Shown here piece after piece: positions 9,583 to 18,157 of a stretch of DNA of 64,000 nt; the first letter of the stretch is position 1; every line of letters starts with the position of its first letter. A program made the translations under genes and the position numbers. The stretch is from positions 1 to 64,000 of IMG/VR virus record IMGVR_UViG_2918249483_000002. The stretch is one strand, 5' to 3'. This DNA is from a virus. Lineage: Duplodnaviria; Caudoviricetes. The notes beneath the pieces were generated by a model that was not told where the DNA came from, ran no database searches, and was given only the letters and a program-made list of their open reading frames with translations.

Positions 9583-10844
9583 TCACCCTCCGTGGCGGGG
9601 CGCGCCTTCAAGGCGTCGGCTTGGCGCATGATTGACGACAGCAGCGCCATCATGCCGCTTGGATCTCTAAGCAGGACGTAGGCGCCATGGGCGGATTGGA
9701 CCCGCCCCAACTCGGCCTTGATCAGCACGGCATCGTGGCGGATGTTGTCGGCATCCTCGGTGCGCGCCATCCGCCCGTCCGCCCTGGCGTTTGCTTCGGC
9801 GGCGCTGATTGCGGCGGCGATGATGGAAACGGCCTGGGGGTTCGCATGCCATTCGTCGAAGGAGTCGCCCTTAACGAGGATATGACCTTCTGGAAAGCCG
9901 ACGCTTTTCGAAAGGGCGTCGATCAAATCGCGAGCTCGCAGCTCCGGGCTCGTCGGCAGGGAGGGCTGGGGCTGGCCAGTTACGGGCGCCCTCCCCAGCT
10001 TGTTGGTTTCCACGGTATCCAGAAGGCCGGCGGCGCGGGCTTTGGCGAGAATGTCGTCGGCCCTGATACCGAGATGCAGGAACCTGCGGGTCTGCATCGT
10101 AGGCAGCGCGGCGAGGGTGGTGACGATTTCGTCCAACGAGCAGGCTAGTTCCCGTGCCAGCAGTTTGTCGGTCGGGCCCGTGACAGCCGGCGGCGCAGGA
10201 TGGGTGAGGGCGGCGAAGACCGGCTTCAGCAGGCGCTCCACCTCACGCATGATCTCGTGGCGCGCCAAGTCGCGGGCCACGCCGCTCAAGAATTGGTCAC
10301 ACCAAGGGCGAAGCGGCTCCAGCGCCTCCCGCATCGCCCGCCCCCAATCCTCGGCCGTCTCGGCGCGCTCGCGCATCCGGCAGAACCTGGCCCAATACCG
10401 CTGGCTACGCTCGCGGCGCTTCTGCTTCGCGGCGGCAAGGGCGGCTTCGGCATGGGTTGGGGCTTGATCGTCATCGAGGGTGGCGGTGCCATTCAGCAGG
10501 CAAACCCCATCCGGGACGACCCCCTTCGGCCGAGCGACAGCTTCGGTCAGGAAATGGCGGTAATTGCCGATCGCTCGTGCCTGCCGCTCCACCTCGCCTG
10601 ACAGGCGTGCGACCTCCGCTGCCTGCGCCTCGCCCCGCTGCACCTCATTGAAATGAGCGCAGGTCGTTTCACGGTAGCTGTTGCGGAGCCACGCCAGGTC
10701 GGCGGCCTGCTTTTCGATCAGATCAGCAGCTTTCCACTCGGGCCGATCCTCTGGGAAGGCTGCTGATTGGGCGCGAGCGGCTTCCCGCAGCTTCGCGGCG
10801 ACGCTGTCCGAGGTGTGGGCCTGTGATAGGGTGGCGGCGGTCAT
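9579..10844 (-). CDS. Hypothetical coiled-coil phage protein
   Basis: Start MTAATL at 10844 (ATGA overlap, GGAG RBS). Confidence 0.6.
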   Translation of the reverse strand: MTAATLSQAHTSDSVAAKLREAARAQSAAFPEDRPEWKAADLIEKQAADLAWLRNSYRETTCAHFNEVQRGEAQAAEVARLSGEVERQARAIGNYRHFLTEAVARPKGVVPDGVCLLNGTATLDDDQAPTHAEAALAAAKQKRRERSQRYWARFCRMRERAETAEDWGRAMREALEPLRPWCDQFLSGVARDLARHEIMREVERLLKPVFAALTHPAPPAVTGPTDKLLARELACSLDEIVTTLAALPTMQTRRFLHLGIRADDILAKARAAGLLDTVETNKLGRAPVTGQPQPSLPTSPELRARDLIDALSKSVGFPEGHILVKGDSFDEWHANPQAVSIIAAAISAAEANARADGRMARTEDADNIRHDAVLIKAELGRVQSAHGAYVLLRDPSGMMALLSSIMRQADALKARPATEGE

Positions 10845-11338
10845 TGTTGGATCTCCTGGCTGGCGGCGATGCTGAGTTCGAGCGCCGCCAAGCAGATCGT
10901 CAGCGGGATGGTCGCTGCGCTGGAGACTTGGGCATGCCAATCATCCCCGGCCTTGCTCGGTGGATACCAGCGGATGGAGACCGCCGGATACCATGGCGAC
11001 TCCAGCGTGTTGAAGGCGAGGGTCACTTCCAGGAGGTTGACCCCGACCGGCATGAGCGTCATGGCGGCGTCAACGCTGGCGGTATAGAGGGGCACCTTCC
11101 ACCAATCGGCGACGTTGTTCGCATGGTTGATGTGGTCGGCCCGGTTGCGGCGCCAGACGTCGGAGAACAGCACGAACTCGGCCTGGGGCCCGGTAAGGCG
11201 GTCGTACCGGGCGCCGAATTCCGGGTTGAGTTCGATCTGGATCAGCGCATCGACCTCACGGTCAGGTGCGGTCAGGGCCTTCACCCGATCCTTCAGGATG
11301 CCCATGGGCTCGGTGTTCTTATGCATGGTGTTAGGCAT
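10841..11338 (-). CDS. Hypothetical phage protein
   Basis: PDRE.DA.I ... P.YTAS.DAAM.L.P ... AT.PL.ICLAAL pattern common in alphaproteobacterial phages. Confidence 0.65.
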   Translation of the reverse strand: MPNTMHKNTEPMGILKDRVKALTAPDREVDALIQIELNPEFGARYDRLTGPQAEFVLFSDVWRRNRADHINHANNVADWWKVPLYTASVDAAMTLMPVGVNLLEVTLAFNTLESPWYPAVSIRWYPPSKAGDDWHAQVSSAATIPLTICLAALELSIAASQEIQQ

Positions 11339-11672
11339 CCTCAGCTTGAGAGGTGGCGACCCGGGCCTGAAGGCTGCGCAGTGCGACCAGCTTGCGCTCC
11401 GTGTCGGCGATGTCGGTGGCGACCTGCTCGGCGATGGCGCTGACTGGCCAGACCGACAGGCCCTCTACATCGATGTACCCGCGGGCGGTGGTGGCGTTGA
11501 AAATCCCGGCCTCGGCCAGATCGCGCGTGTAGCCCTGCGCTTTCGGCCGGAACCAGCCTCCGTGGCGCTTAATCAGGTACAGTCCGTCCTTGATGCGTTT
11601 GCGGGCGACGGCCGTAGCCTCGCGGAGCGTCAGGCTCCCCGGCCGCAGCCTCATGGAAATGCTGCGGCTCAC
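11331..11672 (-). CDS. Hypothetical phage protein
   Basis: GTG start overlapping upstream stop; HGGWFRPKAQGYTRDLAEAG motif. Confidence 0.6.
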   Translation of the reverse strand: MSRSISMRLRPGSLTLREATAVARKRIKDGLYLIKRHGGWFRPKAQGYTRDLAEAGIFNATTARGYIDVEGLSVWPVSAIAEQVATDIADTERKLVALRSLQARVATSQAEDA

Positions 11673-12184
11673 GATCTCCCTCCCCCCTTCGCATCGCGAC
11701 GCGCTTTCTCTGCGCCATGCACCCATTCCATTCCCAAGGCCGCTTGAATGGCGTCGAAGGCCCGTCTCTCCGCATTGCGGCCATCCAACCGGGTGTCCAG
11801 CGCGTAGTGGTAATCGGCAATGGCCTGACGGATTAGGGCGAGCGGGTCGGACACCGGCGCAGGCGGGGCGGCGGACACCACGCCCAAGGCCCGAGCCTCG
11901 TAGCGGAAGCCGCGCTCGATGTAATGCAGCGCGTCCTGGTATCTCGACAGCGGGACGGTTTCCCATTCCGACCAGCCGGGGACGGAACTGTTCTCATCGT
12001 AGCGGAAGCGGGTCTGATAGAGAGCGACCTCCGCCACCGCCTGGGGCTGACCGCCAGCCATCGCCCTGATATCCGTGGCCGCATGCGACGCCCCGTACCG
12101 CTCTGCGATATCGGCGGCGGCATGGAATGCATCGTCGCGCCACCGCTGCGCATACTCGCGTTTGTCTGCCATCAGGTCAGCCAT
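11669..12184 (-). CDS. Hypothetical phage protein
   Basis: Start MADLMADK at 12184 (TGATG overlap). Confidence 0.6.
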   Translation of the reverse strand: MADLMADKREYAQRWRDDAFHAAADIAERYGASHAATDIRAMAGGQPQAVAEVALYQTRFRYDENSSVPGWSEWETVPLSRYQDALHYIERGFRYEARALGVVSAAPPAPVSDPLALIRQAIADYHYALDTRLDGRNAERRAFDAIQAALGMEWVHGAEKARRDAKGGGRS

Positions 12185-12837
12185 CACCGGCCCTCCCCGG
12201 TGTGCTGGCGTCCCTTCTCCAGCCATTCCGCGTGGCGTTTCGCCGTGCCCGGCCAGGGTGCCGGGTAAGAAACGGACCACACGTAGTCTATGCTGTTGGG
12301 CTTCTTGCCAAAGTTGAAGCGCTCGGCGGCCTCGTTCATGGCGTCGGCCATCTTCACGGCGGCGTCGTAGCTTTCGACCGGGTGCAGGTCGTCCGGACCG
12401 CGATGGTGAACGCACCATAGGATCGGCGCCTCCACCACCTCCTGCGGGGCGGCGGCAGGATCGGGAGTCGCCGCCACTTCAAGCGGCGCCGGTGAAGCGC
12501 CCTTGGTGTCACCGATGGTGGGAAGCGGTAGAGCGTCCTTGGCGAGGCGGTAGATCCGTCGCAGCAGGTCGACGGCTTCCTCCGGCCAAGCATGGGCCGA
12601 TGCATAAGCGGCGAGGGCGGAAGCGTCTCGGATCTGTGCGAGAGCCGGGAACATGATCGGGAAGGACCATGCCCAGACCTTCGCTATGCCCTCGGCGTCG
12701 TAGCTGCCCGGCTCCTTGTCGTAGATCGCGCCAACAATCGCGTCGTTGTCGGTCGGCCCAGACCAGATGGTGAAACCGTTGGGGTGGATGCGGACATCGT
12801 AGGGCTGGCGGATGCGGTTGGTGAGGTTGCTTCCCAC
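12184..12837 (-). CDS. Hypothetical phage protein
   Basis: Operon chain; LWCVHHRGPDDLHP motif. Confidence 0.6.
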   Translation of the reverse strand: MGSNLTNRIRQPYDVRIHPNGFTIWSGPTDNDAIVGAIYDKEPGSYDAEGIAKVWAWSFPIMFPALAQIRDASALAAYASAHAWPEEAVDLLRRIYRLAKDALPLPTIGDTKGASPAPLEVAATPDPAAAPQEVVEAPILWCVHHRGPDDLHPVESYDAAVKMADAMNEAAERFNFGKKPNSIDYVWSVSYPAPWPGTAKRHAEWLEKGRQHTGEGR

Positions 12838-12852
12838 GCTTGTGCCCTCCCC

Positions 12853-13185
12853 TCAAGCTGCCGCAGGAGGGAGGGGTAAGGCTGAGAGCGTTCCGGCTTC
12901 GACAAGGGCCTGGTTGGTCAGAAGCTGGATCTGAGCCTTCTGCGTGGCAATGTGCGTCTCAATGATCGGCTTGGCGAGCGACCACGGAACGTTGAAGAGG
13001 CGATGGCCGTTTTGTCCGCTCGGGACGCCGAGTTGTAAGCCATCGTGTCTGCGGCCGAACGCATCCCGCAGATCGGGCGCTTCACGTCGGTCCATCGCGT
13101 CGGTGATTTCCTTCAGCAGCGCCTCGGCGGTCTCGACTTCACGATAGGCCAGAGCAATGTCGGTGGCGGTTTCTTTGGTGATCAT
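12853..13185 (-). CDS. Hypothetical phage protein
   Basis: GAGG RBS, coherent codon bias. Confidence 0.65.
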   Translation of the reverse strand: MITKETATDIALAYREVETAEALLKEITDAMDRREAPDLRDAFGRRHDGLQLGVPSGQNGHRLFNVPWSLAKPIIETHIATQKAQIQLLTNQALVEAGTLSALPLPPAAA

Positions 13186-13218
13186 GATGATGGCATCCTC
13201 TCGTGCGGCTGGCGGTGT

Positions 13219-14046
13219 TCAAGCAGCTGCGGCGGCTGCGGCCTTGGTGGCGGTGATGAGGCGGGTGCGGACGGTGGTGCCGGACGACGCGAACGTGCTC
13301 GGCGGCAGCGCCTCGGCGTCGGCACCGATGGTGTTGAGCCAGAGCCGGAAATCGATGCAGTCGCGCTCGCCGCCTAAGAAGGGATGCTCGCTAACGATGG
13401 CGACCAGACGGCCGCCGTCGCGCAGCAGTTCCCAGGCCGCCCGGATGTGGCGGATGTCCTGGTTGCCGCTGAACGGCGGGTTCATCGCAACGGCGTCGAA
13501 CCGGCTGCCCATGCGATGCTGCCGCTTGCCCCAGAGCAGGAAGTCGGAGAGGTGGACACCGATGACGTCGAGGCCGCGCAGAACTTCAGAATTCTCCGGA
13601 TCGATCTCCACGGTGACGACACGGGCACCGCGGTCGAGCAACGGCTTCACCAGCCGGCCGTGGCCGGCGCTCGGCTCCAGCACGAGGTCGCCGTGCTTGA
13701 TGCCGACCAGTTCGGCCATGCGCTCGGCCAGCGGTTCCGGCGTCTCGAAGAACTGCAGTGTCTGCTTGCGGTCCGGAACCCTCTCGACGCCAACAGTCAG
13801 GGCGGCGGCCAGAGCTTTGCTCGGATCGGTCGGGAAGACATGCCCGCCGACCTTCCGGTTCCAGGCGCCGCCCATGGCTTCCAGCGCCTTGTTGACGGCG
13901 GTGTAGACGGGCCGATCGAGCTTGCCGGGCGGCAGGATGATGACGTTGCCCTGCACGGTGGCGCGGCCGAGGATGTCGGCGGCGATCGGTGGGACGTTGA
14001 CGAATTTGGTGGTCAATGGATGGCTCCAAGTTCGGCCATGGCGCAT
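13219..14046 (-). CDS. Class I SAM-dependent (N6-adenine-type) DNA methyltransferase
   Basis: QFFETP, VLEPSAGHG (motif I), MNPPF (motif IV), F..SGT.V.T; exact start uncertain. Confidence 0.88.
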   Translation of the reverse strand: MRHGRTWSHPLTTKFVNVPPIAADILGRATVQGNVIILPPGKLDRPVYTAVNKALEAMGGAWNRKVGGHVFPTDPSKALAAALTVGVERVPDRKQTLQFFETPEPLAERMAELVGIKHGDLVLEPSAGHGRLVKPLLDRGARVVTVEIDPENSEVLRGLDVIGVHLSDFLLWGKRQHRMGSRFDAVAMNPPFSGNQDIRHIRAAWELLRDGGRLVAIVSEHPFLGGERDCIDFRLWLNTIGADAEALPPSTFASSGTTVRTRLITATKAAAAAAA

Positions 14047-14082
14047 GGCGCATGGGGCAAGCGCACAGGTTCGCTGACGGAG

Positions 14083-14400
14083 TCAGGCGGCCAAGGGTAG
14101 GGAGTGCTGGGCACGCCGCCCTATGGCGGCCTCAAGCAGGATGTCCCAGGGATTCTTGTCGCCCTGGTAAGGGCAGTCGTTGCCTGTCGCTTCCGCGAGG
14201 CCATGCCGCAGCGGCTGGCCGGCGTAGTAGACGTGAATGCCTTGGCTGCAGCAACGGCACTGCATCACGTCGCCGTCTTGCTCGTAGACGTGCGAGAGGG
14301 CGCACAGGGCGTCGTTGAACTTGCCTTCGGCCAGGAGGTCAGCTGCCAACGTTCGGCGCTGGGGAGCTTCCCGTTCAAGTCGGCGAGACAGAGTCTTCAT
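14083..14400 (-). CDS. Hypothetical phage protein
   Basis: ATGA overlap; CRCC/H/C residues. Confidence 0.55.
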   Translation of the reverse strand: MKTLSRRLEREAPQRRTLAADLLAEGKFNDALCALSHVYEQDGDVMQCRCCSQGIHVYYAGQPLRHGLAEATGNDCPYQGDKNPWDILLEAAIGRRAQHSLPLAA

Positions 14401-15443
14401 GACGGCACCCGCACCGCTGCAGGTGGGGTGGAGAGCGCCGCAGCCATGGAGTCCGCGAAGCTCACCAGCGGGTGGGCCGCCCAGGATCCGAACGGACCGT
14501 AGGCCGGCACCTCCACCTTGACGCCAGGCGCCACGATGATGACGGGAATCCGGTTCGCGATTGCGAGCGCCGCCTCGGCAATCGCGCCCTTCAACGGGAA
14601 GTCGCCAGCTTCGGCGTAGAGCACCAACCGCTCAGCGCCGGCAATCTCCCTCTCGATGCGGAGCCAGAGCTCGGCGAAGTTGGCGGTCTGGCCGGGTCCA
14701 GCTTCGTCGATCCAGGAGGTGACGATGTGGTGTCCATCGACATCTCTCAATCGCCTCCACTCGGCGGCCCGCTCCGGAATGCTGGCGCGGCTGGCGATGT
14801 AGACCCCTGCCCGCTCATGATCCTTCGCGGCGTTGAGAACCACCCAGGCCACATCCCGCGGCTCGATCTGGCTGGCCGGGACCCGCTCGATGAGCTGCTG
14901 GTAGCCGGCGGTACCGGCGGCGAGTTGGTCAGCGAAACCAGGGCTCAGATTCCGCCGGTGGATCACAGAGACCGTTGCGATGCGACCGTCCAGGGCCTCG
15001 ATCCGGAGGAACAGGCGCGCCACCCGCTCAGGGCATTCCCGCGCCGGATACCAGAACAGGCGCTTACCATCGTCAAGGTGATGGTCGCTGCACGCGCTCT
15101 GGCGCCGGCAATCACCGCCGCAGTAGCAGTGGGGTGGCGGCGTCAGCGACCAATACGGCCAACCGCCTCCCTGATTGCTCCAGACCTTCAGGGTCGGGCC
15201 GTCGATCCGATAGACGACGCGATAGTCGACCGGCGGCGGGCCAGGGATGCCGCCACCGCCGATCTGGCTGTAGCGCCCCTGTTGGATCGCAAGCGGGTGG
15301 ACGCCGGCCCAAGCCTCCTTCACGAACAGGATGGTTCCGACCTTGATCTTGTCCCAGGCCTTCGCATCGGGAAGCGTGACGGTCTGCAAGGTGTTGACGA
15401 GGGCAGCGCGTAGCTCGTCTTCGGTGAGGATGATGCCCTTCAT
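14397..15443 (-). CDS. Fusion: ASCH-like N-terminus + nucleoside 2-deoxyribosyltransferase-like C-terminus
   Basis: N-term VG..LFVKEAW; C-term VYIAS...VTSWID...EIAGAERLVLY...KGAIAEAALAIANRIPV. Confidence 0.65.
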   Translation of the reverse strand: MKGIILTEDELRAALVNTLQTVTLPDAKAWDKIKVGTILFVKEAWAGVHPLAIQQGRYSQIGGGGIPGPPPVDYRVVYRIDGPTLKVWSNQGGGWPYWSLTPPPHCYCGGDCRRQSACSDHHLDDGKRLFWYPARECPERVARLFLRIEALDGRIATVSVIHRRNLSPGFADQLAAGTAGYQQLIERVPASQIEPRDVAWVVLNAAKDHERAGVYIASRASIPERAAEWRRLRDVDGHHIVTSWIDEAGPGQTANFAELWLRIEREIAGAERLVLYAEAGDFPLKGAIAEAALAIANRIPVIIVAPGVKVEVPAYGPFGSWAAHPLVSFADSMAAALSTPPAAVRVPS

Positions 15444-15446
15444 GGA

Positions 15447-16361
15447 TCAGCCCTCGGCCCGAGCACTGCGCACCTTCGCGCGGTCTTGACGCTCCACCTC
15501 GGCGACCAGCAAGGCCAGAGCGCGGATCAGGTTGCGGCGGGCGTCCTTAGGCTTCCACCACTTGATCGCCCAGGGCCACGCTTCCGGGAAGCCCTTGATG
15601 TAGGATATGGCGGCGCGGGCGAGCTCGCCCATCGTGTAGCCGTCGTCCTGTTCGAGGGTGTTGCCCTCCACCTCGATCTGCCGGCGCCGCTCGGCGACAA
15701 CATCACCGATCACGCCTGGCAGGGCGATGGGCTGCGGATGTCCGCAGGACGCGCACCAATCCTCCAGGGCCGCATAACCCTCGGACATGGTCGGAGCTTG
15801 GCAGACGGTACGGAGGAGCTCGTTCGAATCGGTGAGGGCGTAGCTCAGCTGACGGTAGCCGCGCAGAAGTTTGTGAAATGCCGCAGCATCCTTGCTGTCC
15901 ACCGGATGCCCGAAGCGCGAAAGGAGATGATCCGTCGCCTCCTTCAGCGACGCCGGCAGGCGAACCGATGCGATGGTCTGGATGTCCGGGCACTGCTTCA
16001 GCGCCTTGGCCGCCTTGTGCATATACGGGGCCTTCTGGTGGGGCGCGAGTGCGTCGAAGAGCATGACGGGGCTTGTCACCTCGGCCATGGCCTCGGTGTA
16101 GAGGCGAGCCGCCTCGACCATAACCGGGTCGCCATCCACGATGTTGATGACGTCATTCGGGTTGCCGGCGGCGGGCCATTCCTCCACGCCGTCCGGCAGT
16201 TCGGAGCAGCACCCGTCAGCCCTCAGACAGAGGACGCCCTCGCCGGTGCCGTCATCGTACAGGGCGGTAATCGGGAAGGCGCTGTCGCGTCGGTCGGTGC
16301 TGATGATGCGCACGGGGAGGCCGGACCGCGTGCGGGCCGGAAGGGCAGGGTTGAACTTCAT
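15447..16361 (-). CDS. Mosaic hypothetical phage protein
   Basis: Start MKFNP; N-term RTRSG.PVRII.TD; C-term V.AERRRQ...EG...E.DD....GELA.AA..Y..WPW...WWKP...RRNL.RA.ALL.AE.ER.DR. Confidence 0.65.
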   Translation of the reverse strand: MKFNPALPARTRSGLPVRIISTDRRDSAFPITALYDDGTGEGVLCLRADGCCSELPDGVEEWPAAGNPNDVINIVDGDPVMVEAARLYTEAMAEVTSPVMLFDALAPHQKAPYMHKAAKALKQCPDIQTIASVRLPASLKEATDHLLSRFGHPVDSKDAAAFHKLLRGYRQLSYALTDSNELLRTVCQAPTMSEGYAALEDWCASCGHPQPIALPGVIGDVVAERRRQIEVEGNTLEQDDGYTMGELARAAISYIKGFPEAWPWAIKWWKPKDARRNLIRALALLVAEVERQDRAKVRSARAEG

Positions 16362-16420
16362 GGTGGAGCTCCTGGGTGAGCACCCGGAATGGGGTTGCCG
16401 ATCGGCGGGAGAAGGAGGCG

Positions 16421-17458
16421 TCAGGCCGCGACGGCAGCCGGCTCCGGGCCCATGCAGGCCGTGGGCTGGTCGCGGTTGAAAGGGATGACTCCGGGGGCAT
16501 AGGCGTAAAGGTCGCTGTAGCCGTGCTTGGGCATCCGCCGATCGAACATCGCGGCATGTTTCCGGTGCTCGGCCAGGGCGGCGGCCCGATCGCGGGCGAT
16601 GCGCCATTCATCGGTCTCGACCACTAACGCGGCCCACCGGTGGAGGGCGGCGATCATGTTGATCGACTGGTGGGACCAGCTGTAGGAACCGTAATAGTCG
16701 TCGTGACCGAGCTTCTGGCATAGGTTCGCCGCTGAGTCGGCGCCGCCCAAATGGTCGCGGAGATTCCGCTTAAGCGCCCGACGGCCGGTGGGGGTGAAGA
16801 TCTCGTCCGGCTTCTGCCATGAGTCCCCAACCGCATCGTAGAGGCGCAACCATTCCTGCCACCCCTCGGGCGCCTCTGCTTTCACCCGGTCGCGGCCAGG
16901 ATAGTGGAGGTGGGCTTCTTCGGCTTGGTCGAGCGTCTCATAAGGGAAGCTGGTGGTGAAGGTGCAGCGAAGCGGTTCCGGCTGGTCGATCCAGTAAGGG
17001 CCGAACTCATCGGGATCCCATGCCTCCGGAGACCGCGGCGCGTTCTCGTCCTGCATGTCGATCGACCAACGCTTCAGATCCTTACGGAACTCAAGCAGCG
17101 ACTCTTTGGCCTCCCGAACCAGATCCTCCATGATGAAGGTGAAGGTGTCGTCCGGATCGTATTCCCGACGATGGTTTGACTTCCCCAGCAGGTAATCGTA
17201 GCTGGAACCGTTCACCCATGCCGCCGCGTTCTCCCATGTGTTCATGGCGTTGTAGTGGGTGAGCGTGATCTCGCCGATGTCGCCGCCGACAGTCAGGATC
17301 CCGGGATGGTTCCAGGTCACCGTGTACCAGTAGTTCCCGCCCCGGTTCCCTTCGTAAGAGACCAACCAGGATTTCGTGTCCGCCGGGGCGAGCCGGTGGC
17401 GGCCGTACCGATCCTGTTTCAGGTCGGCCAAATACCGCTTGGCTTGTTCGTAGTGCAT
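16421..17458 (-). CDS. Hypothetical phage protein
   Basis: 345 aa, GAGGAG RBS, aromatic-rich globular sequence. Confidence 0.7.
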   Translation of the reverse strand: MHYEQAKRYLADLKQDRYGRHRLAPADTKSWLVSYEGNRGGNYWYTVTWNHPGILTVGGDIGEITLTHYNAMNTWENAAAWVNGSSYDYLLGKSNHRREYDPDDTFTFIMEDLVREAKESLLEFRKDLKRWSIDMQDENAPRSPEAWDPDEFGPYWIDQPEPLRCTFTTSFPYETLDQAEEAHLHYPGRDRVKAEAPEGWQEWLRLYDAVGDSWQKPDEIFTPTGRRALKRNLRDHLGGADSAANLCQKLGHDDYYGSYSWSHQSINMIAALHRWAALVVETDEWRIARDRAAALAEHRKHAAMFDRRMPKHGYSDLYAYAPGVIPFNRDQPTACMGPEPAAVAA

Positions 17459-17469
17459 GCGGCTTCTCC

Positions 17470-17799
17470 TCAGGCGCCCGGCGTCGGGCGCTGGTCGATC
17501 ACGGTTGAGGCTGAGAAAGGGCGGCGGTGACCGGAATCGAGCGCGCCCATGTTGGTCAGGCGGTCGACCACATCGACGTCGTGGACGACGCGGAAATAGA
17601 CCGCTCCCTCTTCGGTCGGCGGCAGGTCGACCACGCGTCCGTCTTCCAACCGGTACTGAATCGCAGACGGGAACGAGCGTCGGCCATCGGCGTGAACGCG
17701 CGCCCGGATCCGAGGGGAGGGCATGGGAGGCTGCATCGAGGCGCAGGCCGCCAGCATGCGTTGCTCGTGGCGAGCGCCGAGAGAGGGCCTATCGGGCAT
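17470..17799 (-). CDS. Hypothetical protein (start may be 17724)
   Basis: Fills operon gap; codon bias. Confidence 0.45.
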   Translation of the reverse strand: MPDRPSLGARHEQRMLAACASMQPPMPSPRIRARVHADGRRSFPSAIQYRLEDGRVVDLPPTEEGAVYFRVVHDVDVVDRLTNMGALDSGHRRPFSASTVIDQRPTPGA

Positions 17800-18154
17800 C
17801 CGGAGGCGTCCTTCTGAACTTGGTGGTGCCGGTGCCGTTCATCTCGCCGTAGACGACGGCGCCCGCCTTCCGGTCTGGCTGGCTGATATCCCAGCGGCGG
17901 AGAAGCCACTCGGGAAGCCAGCGATTGGCCCATTCGTTAATCTTGATGGCCGCCGCCATGTGGCGCAGGACCGCGCGATAATCCGCTTCCGTCAGCAGCG
18001 GAGCGCCGCAAGACGGGCAGGGCGCGTTGACCCATTTCGGGTACTCGACCACGGAGACAGACGCGTCGGTATAGCCACAGCCAGGGGCATCGCACTTCAG
18101 CCCGCTGATCTGGTGGCGGAGAATCTTGTAGGAGGTGCTTTTACCCATTGTCAT
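17789..18154 (-). CDS. Zn-ribbon hypothetical phage protein
   Basis: GLKCDAPGCGY ... PCPSCGAPLLTEADY. Confidence 0.65.
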   Translation of the reverse strand: MTMGKSTSYKILRHQISGLKCDAPGCGYTDASVSVVEYPKWVNAPCPSCGAPLLTEADYRAVLRHMAAAIKINEWANRWLPEWLLRRWDISQPDRKAGAVVYGEMNGTGTTKFRRTPPDAR

Positions 18155-18157
18155 CTC

